Assembly: GCA_041648895.1 (NCBI GenBank)
Contig: JBAZOB010000001.1
Span: forward strand, 15,093 to 79,092
Direction: 5' to 3'
Length of the DNA: 64,000 nucleotides
Source of the DNA: Patescibacteria group bacterium
GTDB taxonomy: Bacteria; Patescibacteriota; JAHJAL01
Below are positions 50,772 to 59,027 of the stretch, one piece after another (within the stretch, counting starts at the first letter, position 1; each line of letters starts with the position of its first letter). Position numbers and translations under genes: made by a program. The notes beneath the pieces were generated by a model. The model worked only from the letters and a program-made list of their open reading frames with translations, was not told where the DNA came from and made no database searches.

Positions 50772-50833
50772 GTTCGAAACATGTCAATAAGGGGGAGTTT
50801 CGTTTTGAAAGCACGCTGATGAGGCGTGTTTTT
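50772..50833 (+). repeat. att-like site 1 (right end of 16.5-kb element)
   Basis: GTTCGAA at 50772, GGAGTTT at 50794, then TTGAAAGCACGC...GCGTGTTTT hairpin. Confidence 0.8.
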
Positions 50834-50868
50834 GGTATAATTAAACAAATAAAATTAATATTCTGGTA

Positions 50869-51885
50869 ATGGGTATAGAAAATTCGAAAGAAAAATATTT
50901 TGGTTTGGAGAATGTGCCTGTTGGCAAGGGTGCTGTGTTAAGAGGTTGGAATTTGCCCGAAGACTATTTTCGTAATCCGGATAATTTGCCGGTTGTAGAT
51001 TTCAGGGCGATGACGCATGAGTGTCGTCATAATTGTTTTCATTGTTTTACTGACAAGAATAAAAAAACTCTGCCTTTATCAAAGATTAAAAGTGTAATTG
51101 ATGAGTTGGCTAACTATAACACGTTTGCCATAAATTATCTTGGGGAGGGTGAGCCGACTTTAGATAAGGATTTTTTTGAAATTGTGGAATATACCAAGGG
51201 AAAAAACATTCAGCCGATTGTATTTACGGATGGAGCGACCAAATTAACTAACAGGAAATTTGTCCGAAGATTGAAAGAGTCGGGGGCTTCAGTGTGTCCA
51301 AAATGTGACAGTCTTTGGAATGCTGAGTATCAAAATATGGTGGTGAGTGATAAGAATGGAAAATATTTTAAGGCGAGGAATAAAGCGGTACAGATATTAA
51401 TTGAGGAGGGATTCAATCAGCCTAGTGATGATGGTACTACTAGACTAGGTTTTGATATGGTAGTTACTAAAGCTAATATGCATGAGGTGTCTAAAACGTT
51501 AAGGTATTGTAGAGAAAATAACATTTGGATAGTTTTTGCTTTTTATTTGCCTTCTGGCAGAAGTGGTACGGAGTATTTTGATAAAGAGTTGGTTTTGACG
51601 TTTGATGAGAAGAAGTATTTGTGTAGTCAGATTAAGCGAATAGATGAGAAAGAATATGGTTTTTATCATCAAGTGATTAATAATTTTGCCACAATACCTT
51701 GTGTTGAATTGATGCAGATATATGGTGATGGGCGGGTGAGTCCTTGTCCTGGCAATGAGAATGTAGTCGGAAATGTGGAAAAGGATTCTATCAAGGATTT
51801 GAAAAAGAAGATAATTGATAAATATCCGGTTCATGAGCAAAAGAGTTTTGATGGATATTGCCCTTATCGAGAAAGATTGGAATAA
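50869..51885 (+). CDS. Radical SAM protein with C-terminal SPASM/twitch-like region
   Basis: CRHNCFHC, GEGEP, C...GDGRVSPC...GN. Confidence 0.85.
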   Translation: MGIENSKEKYFGLENVPVGKGAVLRGWNLPEDYFRNPDNLPVVDFRAMTHECRHNCFHCFTDKNKKTLPLSKIKSVIDELANYNTFAINYLGEGEPTLDKDFFEIVEYTKGKNIQPIVFTDGATKLTNRKFVRRLKESGASVCPKCDSLWNAEYQNMVVSDKNGKYFKARNKAVQILIEEGFNQPSDDGTTRLGFDMVVTKANMHEVSKTLRYCRENNIWIVFAFYLPSGRSGTEYFDKELVLTFDEKKYLCSQIKRIDEKEYGFYHQVINNFATIPCVELMQIYGDGRVSPCPGNENVVGNVEKDSIKDLKKKIIDKYPVHEQKSFDGYCPYRERLE

Positions 51886-52039
51886 CTAGTGAGCAAGGGT
51901 GTGGGGTCCTTCGGCAGGCTCAGGATAAATAACTAAGCTGTAACCATAAAACAGGTTCGAACATCGTGTATTGCACGGAGTTTTGGTAAAATTACGAACT
52001 AGTGATAATTTTTGAAAGCACGCTTATTGGGCGTGTTTT
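51886..52039 (+). repeat. att-like site 2
   Basis: TAGTGAGCAAGGGTGTGGGGT...AACTAAGCTGTAAC...GGTTCGAACATCGTGTATTGCACGGAGTTTT...TTGAAAGCACGC/GCGTGTTTT. Confidence 0.85.
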
Positions 52040-52115
52040 GGTTTGTTTGCTATATGTTTTTGGAAAATAATGAAATATAATATTAGTAGGCTGGTGTATT
52101 CTTATTCATTTAATA

Positions 52116-52913
52116 ATGTCACTTATGATTATTGATGCTCATACTCATATTTACGATGACAAAAAATATCGGGACTATCAGGCTAAAGCAAAAGACAGAA
52201 TTTTAAAAATGATAGTGTTAGGTTGGTACAAAGATAAGTTGGTTGATTATCTAAAATTTGCTGATACAGAGGTTAATCTGTTTTTTACTGGAAGTGTGGA
52301 TATGGATAGAAATGTTGCAAAGCAATTGAAGTTAATTGAGAAAACACTTAAGGAAAATAAGATTTATGGCGTAAAGCTGTATCCTGGCTATCAGTATTTT
52401 TTTCCGTCTGATGAAAAAGTTTATCCGATAGCTGAGCTTTGTCAAAAGTATGACAAACCGTTGATATTTCACAGTGGTGATGTTTGGAATCCCGAAGGTG
52501 ATGCTATTTTGAAATATTCTCATCCGATATATATCGACGAGTTGGCGGTTAAGTTTCCAAAATGCAAGATGATTATTTCTCACTTTGGTTTTCCTTATAT
52601 CTTGGAGACGGTTAATGTGGTGAGTAAAAATAAAAATGTTTTTACCGAGATATCTGGCACTATTGAAAAGGATAAAAACAGTTCTGATAAAGAGACAGAG
52701 GAATTGGCTGAGCAATATATCAAAGATTTGAAGCGGGTGTTTGCTTATTTTCCTGGAGTAAAGAAAAAGACAATGTTTGGTACGGACTATGGTGGCGAGA
52801 ATACTCCGCTTAATCAAATTGAGCCTTATATGAAGGTTGTGGAGTCAGTGTTTACGGATGAGGAGCAGAAGAGTGTTTTTGGGGGTCTGGCTGAAAGATT
52901 GTTTTTTGAATGA
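52116..52913 (+). CDS. Amidohydrolase family protein (TIM barrel)
   Basis: IIDAHTH, GVKLYPGY, FHSG, SHFGFP, FGTDY. Confidence 0.88.
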   Translation: MSLMIIDAHTHIYDDKKYRDYQAKAKDRILKMIVLGWYKDKLVDYLKFADTEVNLFFTGSVDMDRNVAKQLKLIEKTLKENKIYGVKLYPGYQYFFPSDEKVYPIAELCQKYDKPLIFHSGDVWNPEGDAILKYSHPIYIDELAVKFPKCKMIISHFGFPYILETVNVVSKNKNVFTEISGTIEKDKNSSDKETEELAEQYIKDLKRVFAYFPGVKKKTMFGTDYGGENTPLNQIEPYMKVVESVFTDEEQKSVFGGLAERLFFE

Positions 52914-52915
52914 TA

Positions 52916-53009
52916 TAGTGAGTGAAGGTGTGGGGTAACTAAGCCGTAACTAACAAAGTGGTTCTAACTTCGTGTATTCACGCGGAGTTTTTGACACGAA
53001 GCTCGAACC
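52916..53009 (+). repeat. att-like site 3 (palindromic)
   Basis: TAGTGAGTGAAGGTGTGGGGTAACTAAGCCGTAAC...GGTTCTAACTTCGTGT-ATTCACGCGGAGTTTTTG-ACACGAAGCTCGAACC. Confidence 0.85.
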
Positions 53010-53074
53010 TTATTTGGTCCGGGTTTTTTAGTATAATAAATTGGTAAGAGTTGTTTATTGTTAATGCAAAATAG

Positions 53075-53701
53075 ATGTTAGTTTTTATAGATGAATCAGG
53101 TGATTCTGGCTTCAAGTTGCAAAAAGGTTCAACTACCAGTTTTGTGGTGGCTTTGGTGATATTTAATGAAAATTTAGATGCAGAAGAGACGGCAGTTGAA
53201 ATTAAAAAGTTTAGAAAAAAGATTGGCAAAACTGACCGGTTTGAATTTAAGTTTAATAAATGTAATAAAGAATTGAGAGTCGGTTTTCTAAAAGCAGTTA
53301 AGAAGTGTAATCTTCGGATAAGGGTAATTGTGTTTGATAAGGAAAAAATATATAGCATTCATTTAAAAAGGAAAACGGAGACTTTTTATAAGTTTGCCAT
53401 ACGTCAGGTTTTGCAGCACAATGGCAAGACTATCAAGAATGCCAAGATAAAATTGGATGGTTTGGGTGAGCGTAAGTTTAGGAAAGCTTTGACAACTTAT
53501 TTACGGAAATATTTGAATACTGATTATGAGAGGATTATGGATAATTTGCGTTTTGTTGATTCCAAGAGCAATGTATTGATTCAATTGGTGGATATGGTGG
53601 CTGGAGCTATAAGGATTAGTTATGATGCCAATCGTAAAGATGCTGGTGAATATAAAAAAATCATCAAGAATAGAATTGATGATTTGTGGGAGTTTGAATA
53701 A
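53075..53701 (+). CDS. DUF3800 domain protein
   Basis: VFIDESGDSG, EFKF, DSKSNVLIQLVDMVAGAI. Confidence 0.85.
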   Translation: MLVFIDESGDSGFKLQKGSTTSFVVALVIFNENLDAEETAVEIKKFRKKIGKTDRFEFKFNKCNKELRVGFLKAVKKCNLRIRVIVFDKEKIYSIHLKRKTETFYKFAIRQVLQHNGKTIKNAKIKLDGLGERKFRKALTTYLRKYLNTDYERIMDNLRFVDSKSNVLIQLVDMVAGAIRISYDANRKDAGEYKKIIKNRIDDLWEFE

Positions 53702-53706
53702 AGTTT

Positions 53707-53772
53707 GATCTCGTTTCTATCCTAAGGATTCTTAGGAACGCTGCCATACGGCAACAGTTCGAAAACGAGATC
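53707..53772 (+). ncRNA. Structured RNA candidate 3' of DUF3800 gene
   Basis: Outer stem GATCTCGTTT/AAACGAGATC enclosing two hairpins (TCCTAAG/CTTAGGA; GAAC..TGCC/GGCA..GTTC). Confidence 0.6.
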
Positions 53773-53818
53773 TTTGTATTTAAAATTTATCATATTTGGG
53801 ATGATTTTTCAATAAAGC

Positions 53819-53868
53819 GGTTCGAACATCGTGTATTCACGCGGAGTTTTTGACACGAAGCTTGAATC
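53819..53868 (+). repeat. att-like site 4 (palindromic)
   Basis: GGTTCGAACATCGTGTATTCACGCGGAGTTTTTGACACGAAGCTTGAATC, near-identical to site 3. Confidence 0.88.
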
Positions 53869-53934
53869 TGTTTTGGTTTAGGTTTTTTTATATTTGATAT
53901 AGTTAGATTTGTAATAGGAGATAAGGAAATTGGA

Positions 53935-54156
53935 ATGAAGTTTATTAAGGAAAATTTGCTGGTTTTGTCAATTTTGCTGATTGTAATTGGTTTTTTGGTA
54001 GGTAGCATGGTTCTTGTTTGTCCAATAATCGGACCATGTTTCTATGTTCATGACTATTATAAAATTTTGGTATATGTTTTATTTGCTGTAGGGTTTTTGT
54101 CGCTAATCTTTTCTTTTATTTTGCGGTTGATATATATATTTCAAAGAAAAAAATAA
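53935..54156 (+). CDS. Small two-TM membrane protein
   Basis: 73 aa, two hydrophobic helices with CPIIGPC loop; sole gene between sites 4 and 5. Confidence 0.6.
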   Translation: MKFIKENLLVLSILLIVIGFLVGSMVLVCPIIGPCFYVHDYYKILVYVLFAVGFLSLIFSFILRLIYIFQRKK

Positions 54157-54159
54157 AAA

Positions 54160-54226
54160 GGTTTGAGCTTTGTGTCTGGCGCGGAGTTTAGTTTTTGAAG
54201 ATAACACGCTTGATGAGCGTTTTTTT
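54160..54226 (+). repeat. att-like site 5
   Basis: GGTTTGAGCTTTGTGTCTGGCGCGGAGTTT...TTTTGAAG..AACACGCT/AGCGTTTTT. Confidence 0.75.
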
Positions 54227-54278
54227 ATGGATTGGGATGGTTTTAGTATAATTAATTGGTCGATAATAATAATTTTGT

Positions 54279-54422
54279 ATGGAAGAAATTGAAAACAAAA
54301 ATAGTTTAGAGATAGTTAAGCCACTATTGAGTAAATTGTCTGAGGATTATCAGAAAGTTTTGGATGACAATTTTGTGGGTTTCTATGTCTTTGGATTTGG
54401 TTGGAAGATGTTTGTGCCATGA
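54279..54422 (+). pseudogene. Truncated nucleotidyltransferase-like N-terminus
   Basis: MEEIE...LLSKLSEDYQKVLDDNFVGFYVFG then early stop; resembles the segment before the GS motif. Confidence 0.4.
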
Positions 54423-54437
54423 ATGAATCTGTAGTGG

Positions 54438-54707
54438 TTAATCTAAATTTTCATATTTATTGATATATGTGATGGTAGTGTGGTAATACTCCTCAAAATG
54501 TTCTTGTTTAACTTGGTCCAATGACTTCAGGTCAATATTTTTAATCTCTTCATCTAGTTTTCTTTCTTCTTTGTTTAGAGACTCTCTTTGCTCATTATTA
54601 TACTTTCGCTCTTGTTGGTACATGATGAGTCTGTGATAAAATTCGCGGGCTTTTTGGATTTTATCTTCTATATCTGAATTATTTTCTGATGGGTTTTTTG
54701 AAAGCAT
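54438..54707 (-). CDS. Hypothetical coiled-coil protein
   Basis: 89-aa charged ORF, opposite orientation to array. Confidence 0.5.
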   Translation of the reverse strand: MLSKNPSENNSDIEDKIQKAREFYHRLIMYQQERKYNNEQRESLNKEERKLDEEIKNIDLKSLDQVKQEHFEEYYHTTITYINKYENLD

Positions 54708-54877
54708 ATAATGGTGATAATTATTATTAATATTATGTTATCGTATCTTTTAATGATTTACTAGTTTGTGGGTGGAATAACTATTATCTAATTAGTAAAC
54801 AGGCTTAAACTAAATTGGATTGCAATACCCCAAGGGGCCGCTTATTGCTATAATATAAAAAAACATTTATTGAATTT

Positions 54878-55714
54878 ATGAAAATTATTGAGAAATTACC
54901 AGGTTTTTCGTCAAAAGTTTTTCTGGTTGATTTGGATGGTGAGAAATGTGTTTTAAAACAAATGAACGGTCCAGATGAAGTGCAAACTGAGAAAAAATTT
55001 ATGGAGATGATGGCAAATAATGGTTTGCCATATTTGAAGGTGTTTAGTGAGGCTGGTTTAAAACCAAATGAAATATTACTGGAATATGTTGGGGGTTCAG
55101 TTATTCTTGGTAATAGATTTGATGAACGGAATGCATACAAATGGGGAGAATTAGCTAAAAAAATTCACAGTATAAAATATGATCAGTGTTTTAAGTATGA
55201 TCAGTATCGAAATAAGAATAATTTGAGTTGGGGCCAGTTTTTACATGATAAGCATGAGCGTTCGTTGGCTAAAGCTGAAGAATATGACAACTATGGATTT
55301 GGCCAAGGGCGAGTGAATGAGATTAGTGATTTTGTGAACTCTTTGTTTAATCTGATTTTAAAAGAGTATTCGTTAATCCATGGCGATTTCCACACTTCTA
55401 ATGTACTAATTAGGGGTAGCGATTTGGTGTTATTTGATGGCGATCCCACTATTTTTTCCGGTGATCCGCTATATGATTTGGCAATTGCTTGGATGGAAAT
55501 GCCGAACGGGTCTTTGATATCTATTGATGATCCGGAATATGCTAATGATAAAAATTGTTTAGATGCTTTTATTGATGGTTATGGTAAAGACTTTACAAAT
55601 AATGTGAATTTGAAAAAATATATTGTTTTAATCGCATTTAGCCGTTTGTACACACCGTTTGCCAGAAATTATAAGAATATTATTGAGAATATATTGAATC
55701 GAACTGGGAACTAG
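54878..55714 (+). CDS. Aminoglycoside phosphotransferase (APH)-family kinase
   Basis: VLK, LLEYVGG, IHGDFHTSNV, LFD, GDPLYDLA. Confidence 0.85.
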   Translation: MKIIEKLPGFSSKVFLVDLDGEKCVLKQMNGPDEVQTEKKFMEMMANNGLPYLKVFSEAGLKPNEILLEYVGGSVILGNRFDERNAYKWGELAKKIHSIKYDQCFKYDQYRNKNNLSWGQFLHDKHERSLAKAEEYDNYGFGQGRVNEISDFVNSLFNLILKEYSLIHGDFHTSNVLIRGSDLVLFDGDPTIFSGDPLYDLAIAWMEMPNGSLISIDDPEYANDKNCLDAFIDGYGKDFTNNVNLKKYIVLIAFSRLYTPFARNYKNIIENILNRTGN

Positions 55715-55823
55715 AGAGTGAGGGTGTGGGGTTAGATGATCAAACGGCTTTTACTAATCAATAGTTCATAAGTTGTCTTTGCTGGAGTATTTTTTGAAAG
55801 CACGCTCTCTGTGGCGTGTTTTG
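55711..55823 (+). repeat. att-like site 6 (degenerate)
   Basis: CTAGAGAGTGAGGGTGTGGGGT...GTTCA...GGAGT...TTTGAAAGCACGC/GCGTGTTTT. Confidence 0.7.
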
Positions 55824-55896
55824 ATTTATGGGCGTATTTATGTTATGGTGACTGGCATGTCAATGTTATTGCATTAGAGAAAGTTAAGGATAAACT

Positions 55897-57759
55897 ATGA
55901 AAAAATTGGGAATGCCGGATAAATTAGAATTTTGTGATCAAAATAATAATTCTCCCGCTGACAATTATTATGAAGAAAAGGTTGCTTCGGAGGCAGCTTT
56001 GAAAAATGAGTTTGTGGGGAGTGAAAACTATTGTGCCGAAAAAATTGAGGGGAAAAGTGACCTTGGGCTGGAAGAAGCAGATAATATCCGGCAGATTGAG
56101 CGGATTGGAGAAGAGATAAAAGAGTACAGAGAGAAAAAAGATTCCGAAATTCAAAATGAGTCAAGTATTGGTATTGATTATGAAAAGTTTGATAGATTTT
56201 ATGATAATTATGTTTCGGGTCTTCCGCGGCCGAAAGGTGTGTGGCAGAGAATGAAACAATGGTGGAATAGTCCGGATAAAGGCTGGCGCCGGAGTATTAT
56301 TGATTTGAATGATGCGATATTTCGTTTTCCTTTGGCGCGGTATAGCCGTTTTGCTGGTGTGATTGAGGAAAGTACGGATGAAGATTCGAGTTCCGAAGAA
56401 TTGGCCGCGTCACTGGCGGCTATTGACCGGTTTTGGAAAGAATATGGCTATGGTGGCGCTGACGATTATGGAACAATACGTTTATTAAGAGAACACCGGA
56501 GGTTGACGGAAACTTTAATAAAAAGAAGCAGCCTGGAGGATAAAGAAGGTGGACGGGATAAACAATTGGCGAAAGTGAGCGCTGGATTTGTCCGGGAAGA
56601 TGGCAGAGAAATATTAAAAATTGGATTTGTCGAAACCGATTCCAAACAGTGCCAGAATAAGTCTGCACAAGATATGGAGGCGCTGGTTGAGCAGATAATG
56701 GATAAATATCGATACTGGCGCGGGATTAAAAAGCGAAAGGTGAATCACGACAGATTTGATACCGCCGGGTCCAAAATGTCAGAATTTGAAAAAACTCTAC
56801 TGGCCATTAACTGTGTTTTGGGGCTGGGGGCGTTGTTGGTGACTTCTTGGTCGAATGATAAAAAAATGGAAACGAATGTCTCGTCCTGGCCTAAATCAAA
56901 GAGCGCGATCAATGTCAGGGTGGATAAAGCCGGAAGTGAGTCAGTCGGTGTTGAAAGTAGGCAGGATTTTTATTGGAAGAGGATAGTAAAGTTGGCCAGG
57001 GAAAAGGGAATTGATGTTAATCAATATGTTAAAGCAGCAATGACGGATAAATTCTCCTGGGAAATGATGGATTCGGAAAACGAAAATCTGCTGTTAAATA
57101 ATACCGATTTGATCCCGGGAAATTATGAGACGTTTGACCAATTCAAGCTGGTTTGTGTTTTTCGTTCTTTACACCGGCAGTATTTCGATACACACAAAAA
57201 GTATTTAAAGTTGATGACAAAACATCCCAATTCGATTTGGGGTGTGGAGACGATTGGTGAGTTTTTGTGGCGTTTGCGTATTTTGAGGACTGATCGTCAG
57301 ATGATGGAAAATGAAGTTGCTGTTCGTGGCCAAGATCTATCAAAACCATCTTTGGTAAACAATGACCGAGTTAATTATATTAATAATAATTCGGCCGGGG
57401 TAAATATTACCAAAATTGATCATTCCGGCACTCCTTTACCCGGCCGAGAGTTGACGACGGAAATGATATGTAAATTGGCGTTTGAAAATTTGGGATTGGT
57501 GGACGAGTTGGGCTATGACAATACCAAACCTCCCGAAGTTCCTCCACCCATACCCGGGGTACCGTTACCATTGACCGGTTCTTGGTCCGGGGCCAAAGAG
57601 GAAAATAAGAATTTTAAGCCGGAAATCCCGCAATTGCCCGGATTGGCATCGGAAAAATCCATACCAAAACCTCCTTCTTCAATTGATCCTTCGCAGCTGG
57701 GAAGTAATTTGCCCGGAGTGAATGAAACTTCATCCGGTAATAAAGAGGGTGAAAAATAA
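55897..57759 (+). CDS. Hypothetical protein with central TM and Pro-rich C-terminus
   Basis: 620-aa ORF; one hydrophobic segment. Confidence 0.65.
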   Translation: MKKLGMPDKLEFCDQNNNSPADNYYEEKVASEAALKNEFVGSENYCAEKIEGKSDLGLEEADNIRQIERIGEEIKEYREKKDSEIQNESSIGIDYEKFDRFYDNYVSGLPRPKGVWQRMKQWWNSPDKGWRRSIIDLNDAIFRFPLARYSRFAGVIEESTDEDSSSEELAASLAAIDRFWKEYGYGGADDYGTIRLLREHRRLTETLIKRSSLEDKEGGRDKQLAKVSAGFVREDGREILKIGFVETDSKQCQNKSAQDMEALVEQIMDKYRYWRGIKKRKVNHDRFDTAGSKMSEFEKTLLAINCVLGLGALLVTSWSNDKKMETNVSSWPKSKSAINVRVDKAGSESVGVESRQDFYWKRIVKLAREKGIDVNQYVKAAMTDKFSWEMMDSENENLLLNNTDLIPGNYETFDQFKLVCVFRSLHRQYFDTHKKYLKLMTKHPNSIWGVETIGEFLWRLRILRTDRQMMENEVAVRGQDLSKPSLVNNDRVNYINNNSAGVNITKIDHSGTPLPGRELTTEMICKLAFENLGLVDELGYDNTKPPEVPPPIPGVPLPLTGSWSGAKEENKNFKPEIPQLPGLASEKSIPKPPSSIDPSQLGSNLPGVNETSSGNKEGEK

Positions 57760-57862
57760 AACTGATTCGTTGATTATGAAACAGGAGGACTACTAAGTAG
57801 TGGTTCTTTAGTGGCGTGTTTTTTATGTGTGTTACAATGAAGAAAATTGTAATAAAGTTTTT

Positions 57863-58375
57863 ATGAAAATATATCTAGCCGGTAGTGTGCCCAAGGGTGA
57901 TAAAGATGCTAAATCTTTTGATGATTGGCGGGTTAGATATCGACAGGCGGTGAGTGAATATATTGATGCGGAATATATTGACCCATATGAAAGGGATCTG
58001 CCGGAAGATGATTTTTTGTGTATTTTTGGTAAAGACTGTTTACAGGTGGAAAGTGCTGATTTACTACTGGTTTGTGCCGAAAATAAACCGGGAGTGGGAA
58101 CTTCTCAAGAGTTAGTGATTGCCAAAATGTTTAAGAAACCGGTGATTACTGTATTGCCGAAAGATTCACCCAGTCGGAGATCAAATGTTGTTTTTCGGGG
58201 GAAGATGATCAAAGATTGGATTCATCCGTTTATTTTTGCCTTTTCGGATGTGATTATTGAAGATATTGCCGAGATTGGAAGAGTCCTGCCGGAGTTGAAA
58301 GAGATGGTTCCAAAAGATATTTCGATAGTGGAGGAGGCAATGGAACATTGCCGATCGATTGAGGGAAATGGGTGA
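57863..58375 (+). CDS. Nucleoside 2-deoxyribosyltransferase-like protein
   Basis: MKIYLAG, D...ADLLLV, GVGTSQE...A...KPVI. Confidence 0.75.
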   Translation: MKIYLAGSVPKGDKDAKSFDDWRVRYRQAVSEYIDAEYIDPYERDLPEDDFLCIFGKDCLQVESADLLLVCAENKPGVGTSQELVIAKMFKKPVITVLPKDSPSRRSNVVFRGKMIKDWIHPFIFAFSDVIIEDIAEIGRVLPELKEMVPKDISIVEEAMEHCRSIEGNG

Positions 58376-58430
58376 GTTTGTTGTTATAATTAATCTAGTG
58401 AGTATTATTTTTTTAATTGATGGAGGTTTT

Positions 58431-58829
58431 ATGAAAAATCCGATTATCCATTTTGAAATTCCCGTCGATGATGTGGAGCGGGCGAGGAAATTTTATGGTG
58501 AATCGTTCGGCTGGGGGTTTAGTCGGTTTGAGATGCCGGAAGACGAGTATTGGCTGGTGCAAACGACGGAAATGGATGAGAAAATGAAGCCAACATCGCC
58601 GGGGATCAATGGTGGAATGATGAAACGTAAAGACCCCTCTCAGCCGTTTATGAATTATATCACAGTTGAGTCGATCGATGAGATGATAAAAGTGATCGAA
58701 AAGAATGGTGGCTTGATGGTGATGCCCAAGATGGAAATTGGTCAAGGCATGGGTTATATGGCCGCTTTTAAGGATACGGAAGGTAATCTAATGGGATTGC
58801 ATCAGGAAGAGAAGAAGATGACGGAATAG
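58431..58829 (+). CDS. VOC/glyoxalase family protein
   Basis: IIHFEIPVDDVERARKFY, INGG, FKDTEGN; GGAGG RBS. Confidence 0.9.
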   Translation: MKNPIIHFEIPVDDVERARKFYGESFGWGFSRFEMPEDEYWLVQTTEMDEKMKPTSPGINGGMMKRKDPSQPFMNYITVESIDEMIKVIEKNGGLMVMPKMEIGQGMGYMAAFKDTEGNLMGLHQEEKKMTE

Positions 58830-59027
58830 GCTACTTAAAAAGACTTAGCGTTTAATGGCTGAGGTTTTTTGATTTTTGCGTCGAAATCTTTCTGGACATT
58901 GATTTTAGTAGTTTATTTTTCCAGCCAGGTTTGGCTTGGGTAGCTATAATAATAGGTATTTTTTTTGTTTAGATTATAGTTTGTTATAGTGAAAACGGGG
59001 ATAATTTTTTTGAGGAATGTTCATATC

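Larger units (their letters stand above)
34280..50800. mobile_element. ~16.5-kb LSR-integrated element at tRNA-Asn
   Basis: Bounded by GGAGTTT core at 34280 and 50794; carries LSR, Xis-like HTH, Rep, defence genes; rejoining the ends gives an open LSR C-terminal frame. Confidence 0.8.
50772..57826 (+). mobile_element. Array of att-delimited gene cassettes (integron-like, LSR-associated); right end uncertain
   Basis: Six related sites separate mostly single co-oriented genes; partial seventh site near 57810-57826. Confidence 0.65.

Noticed and set aside
54878-55714. Calling the APH-family gene an antibiotic-resistance gene
   Set aside because: Only the general kinase-fold motifs are visible; substrate cannot be inferred.
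50772-55823. Classical integron attC array
   Set aside because: No IntI tyrosine recombinase in the window and the sites lack consistent RYYYAAC/GTTRRRY ends; similarity to the tRNA/LSR junction explains them better.
50772-55823. CRISPR array or tRNA fragments
   Set aside because: Repeats are separated by whole genes of 0.3-1.6 kb, no cas genes are present, and only GTTCG and GGAG match the tRNA, at different spacing.
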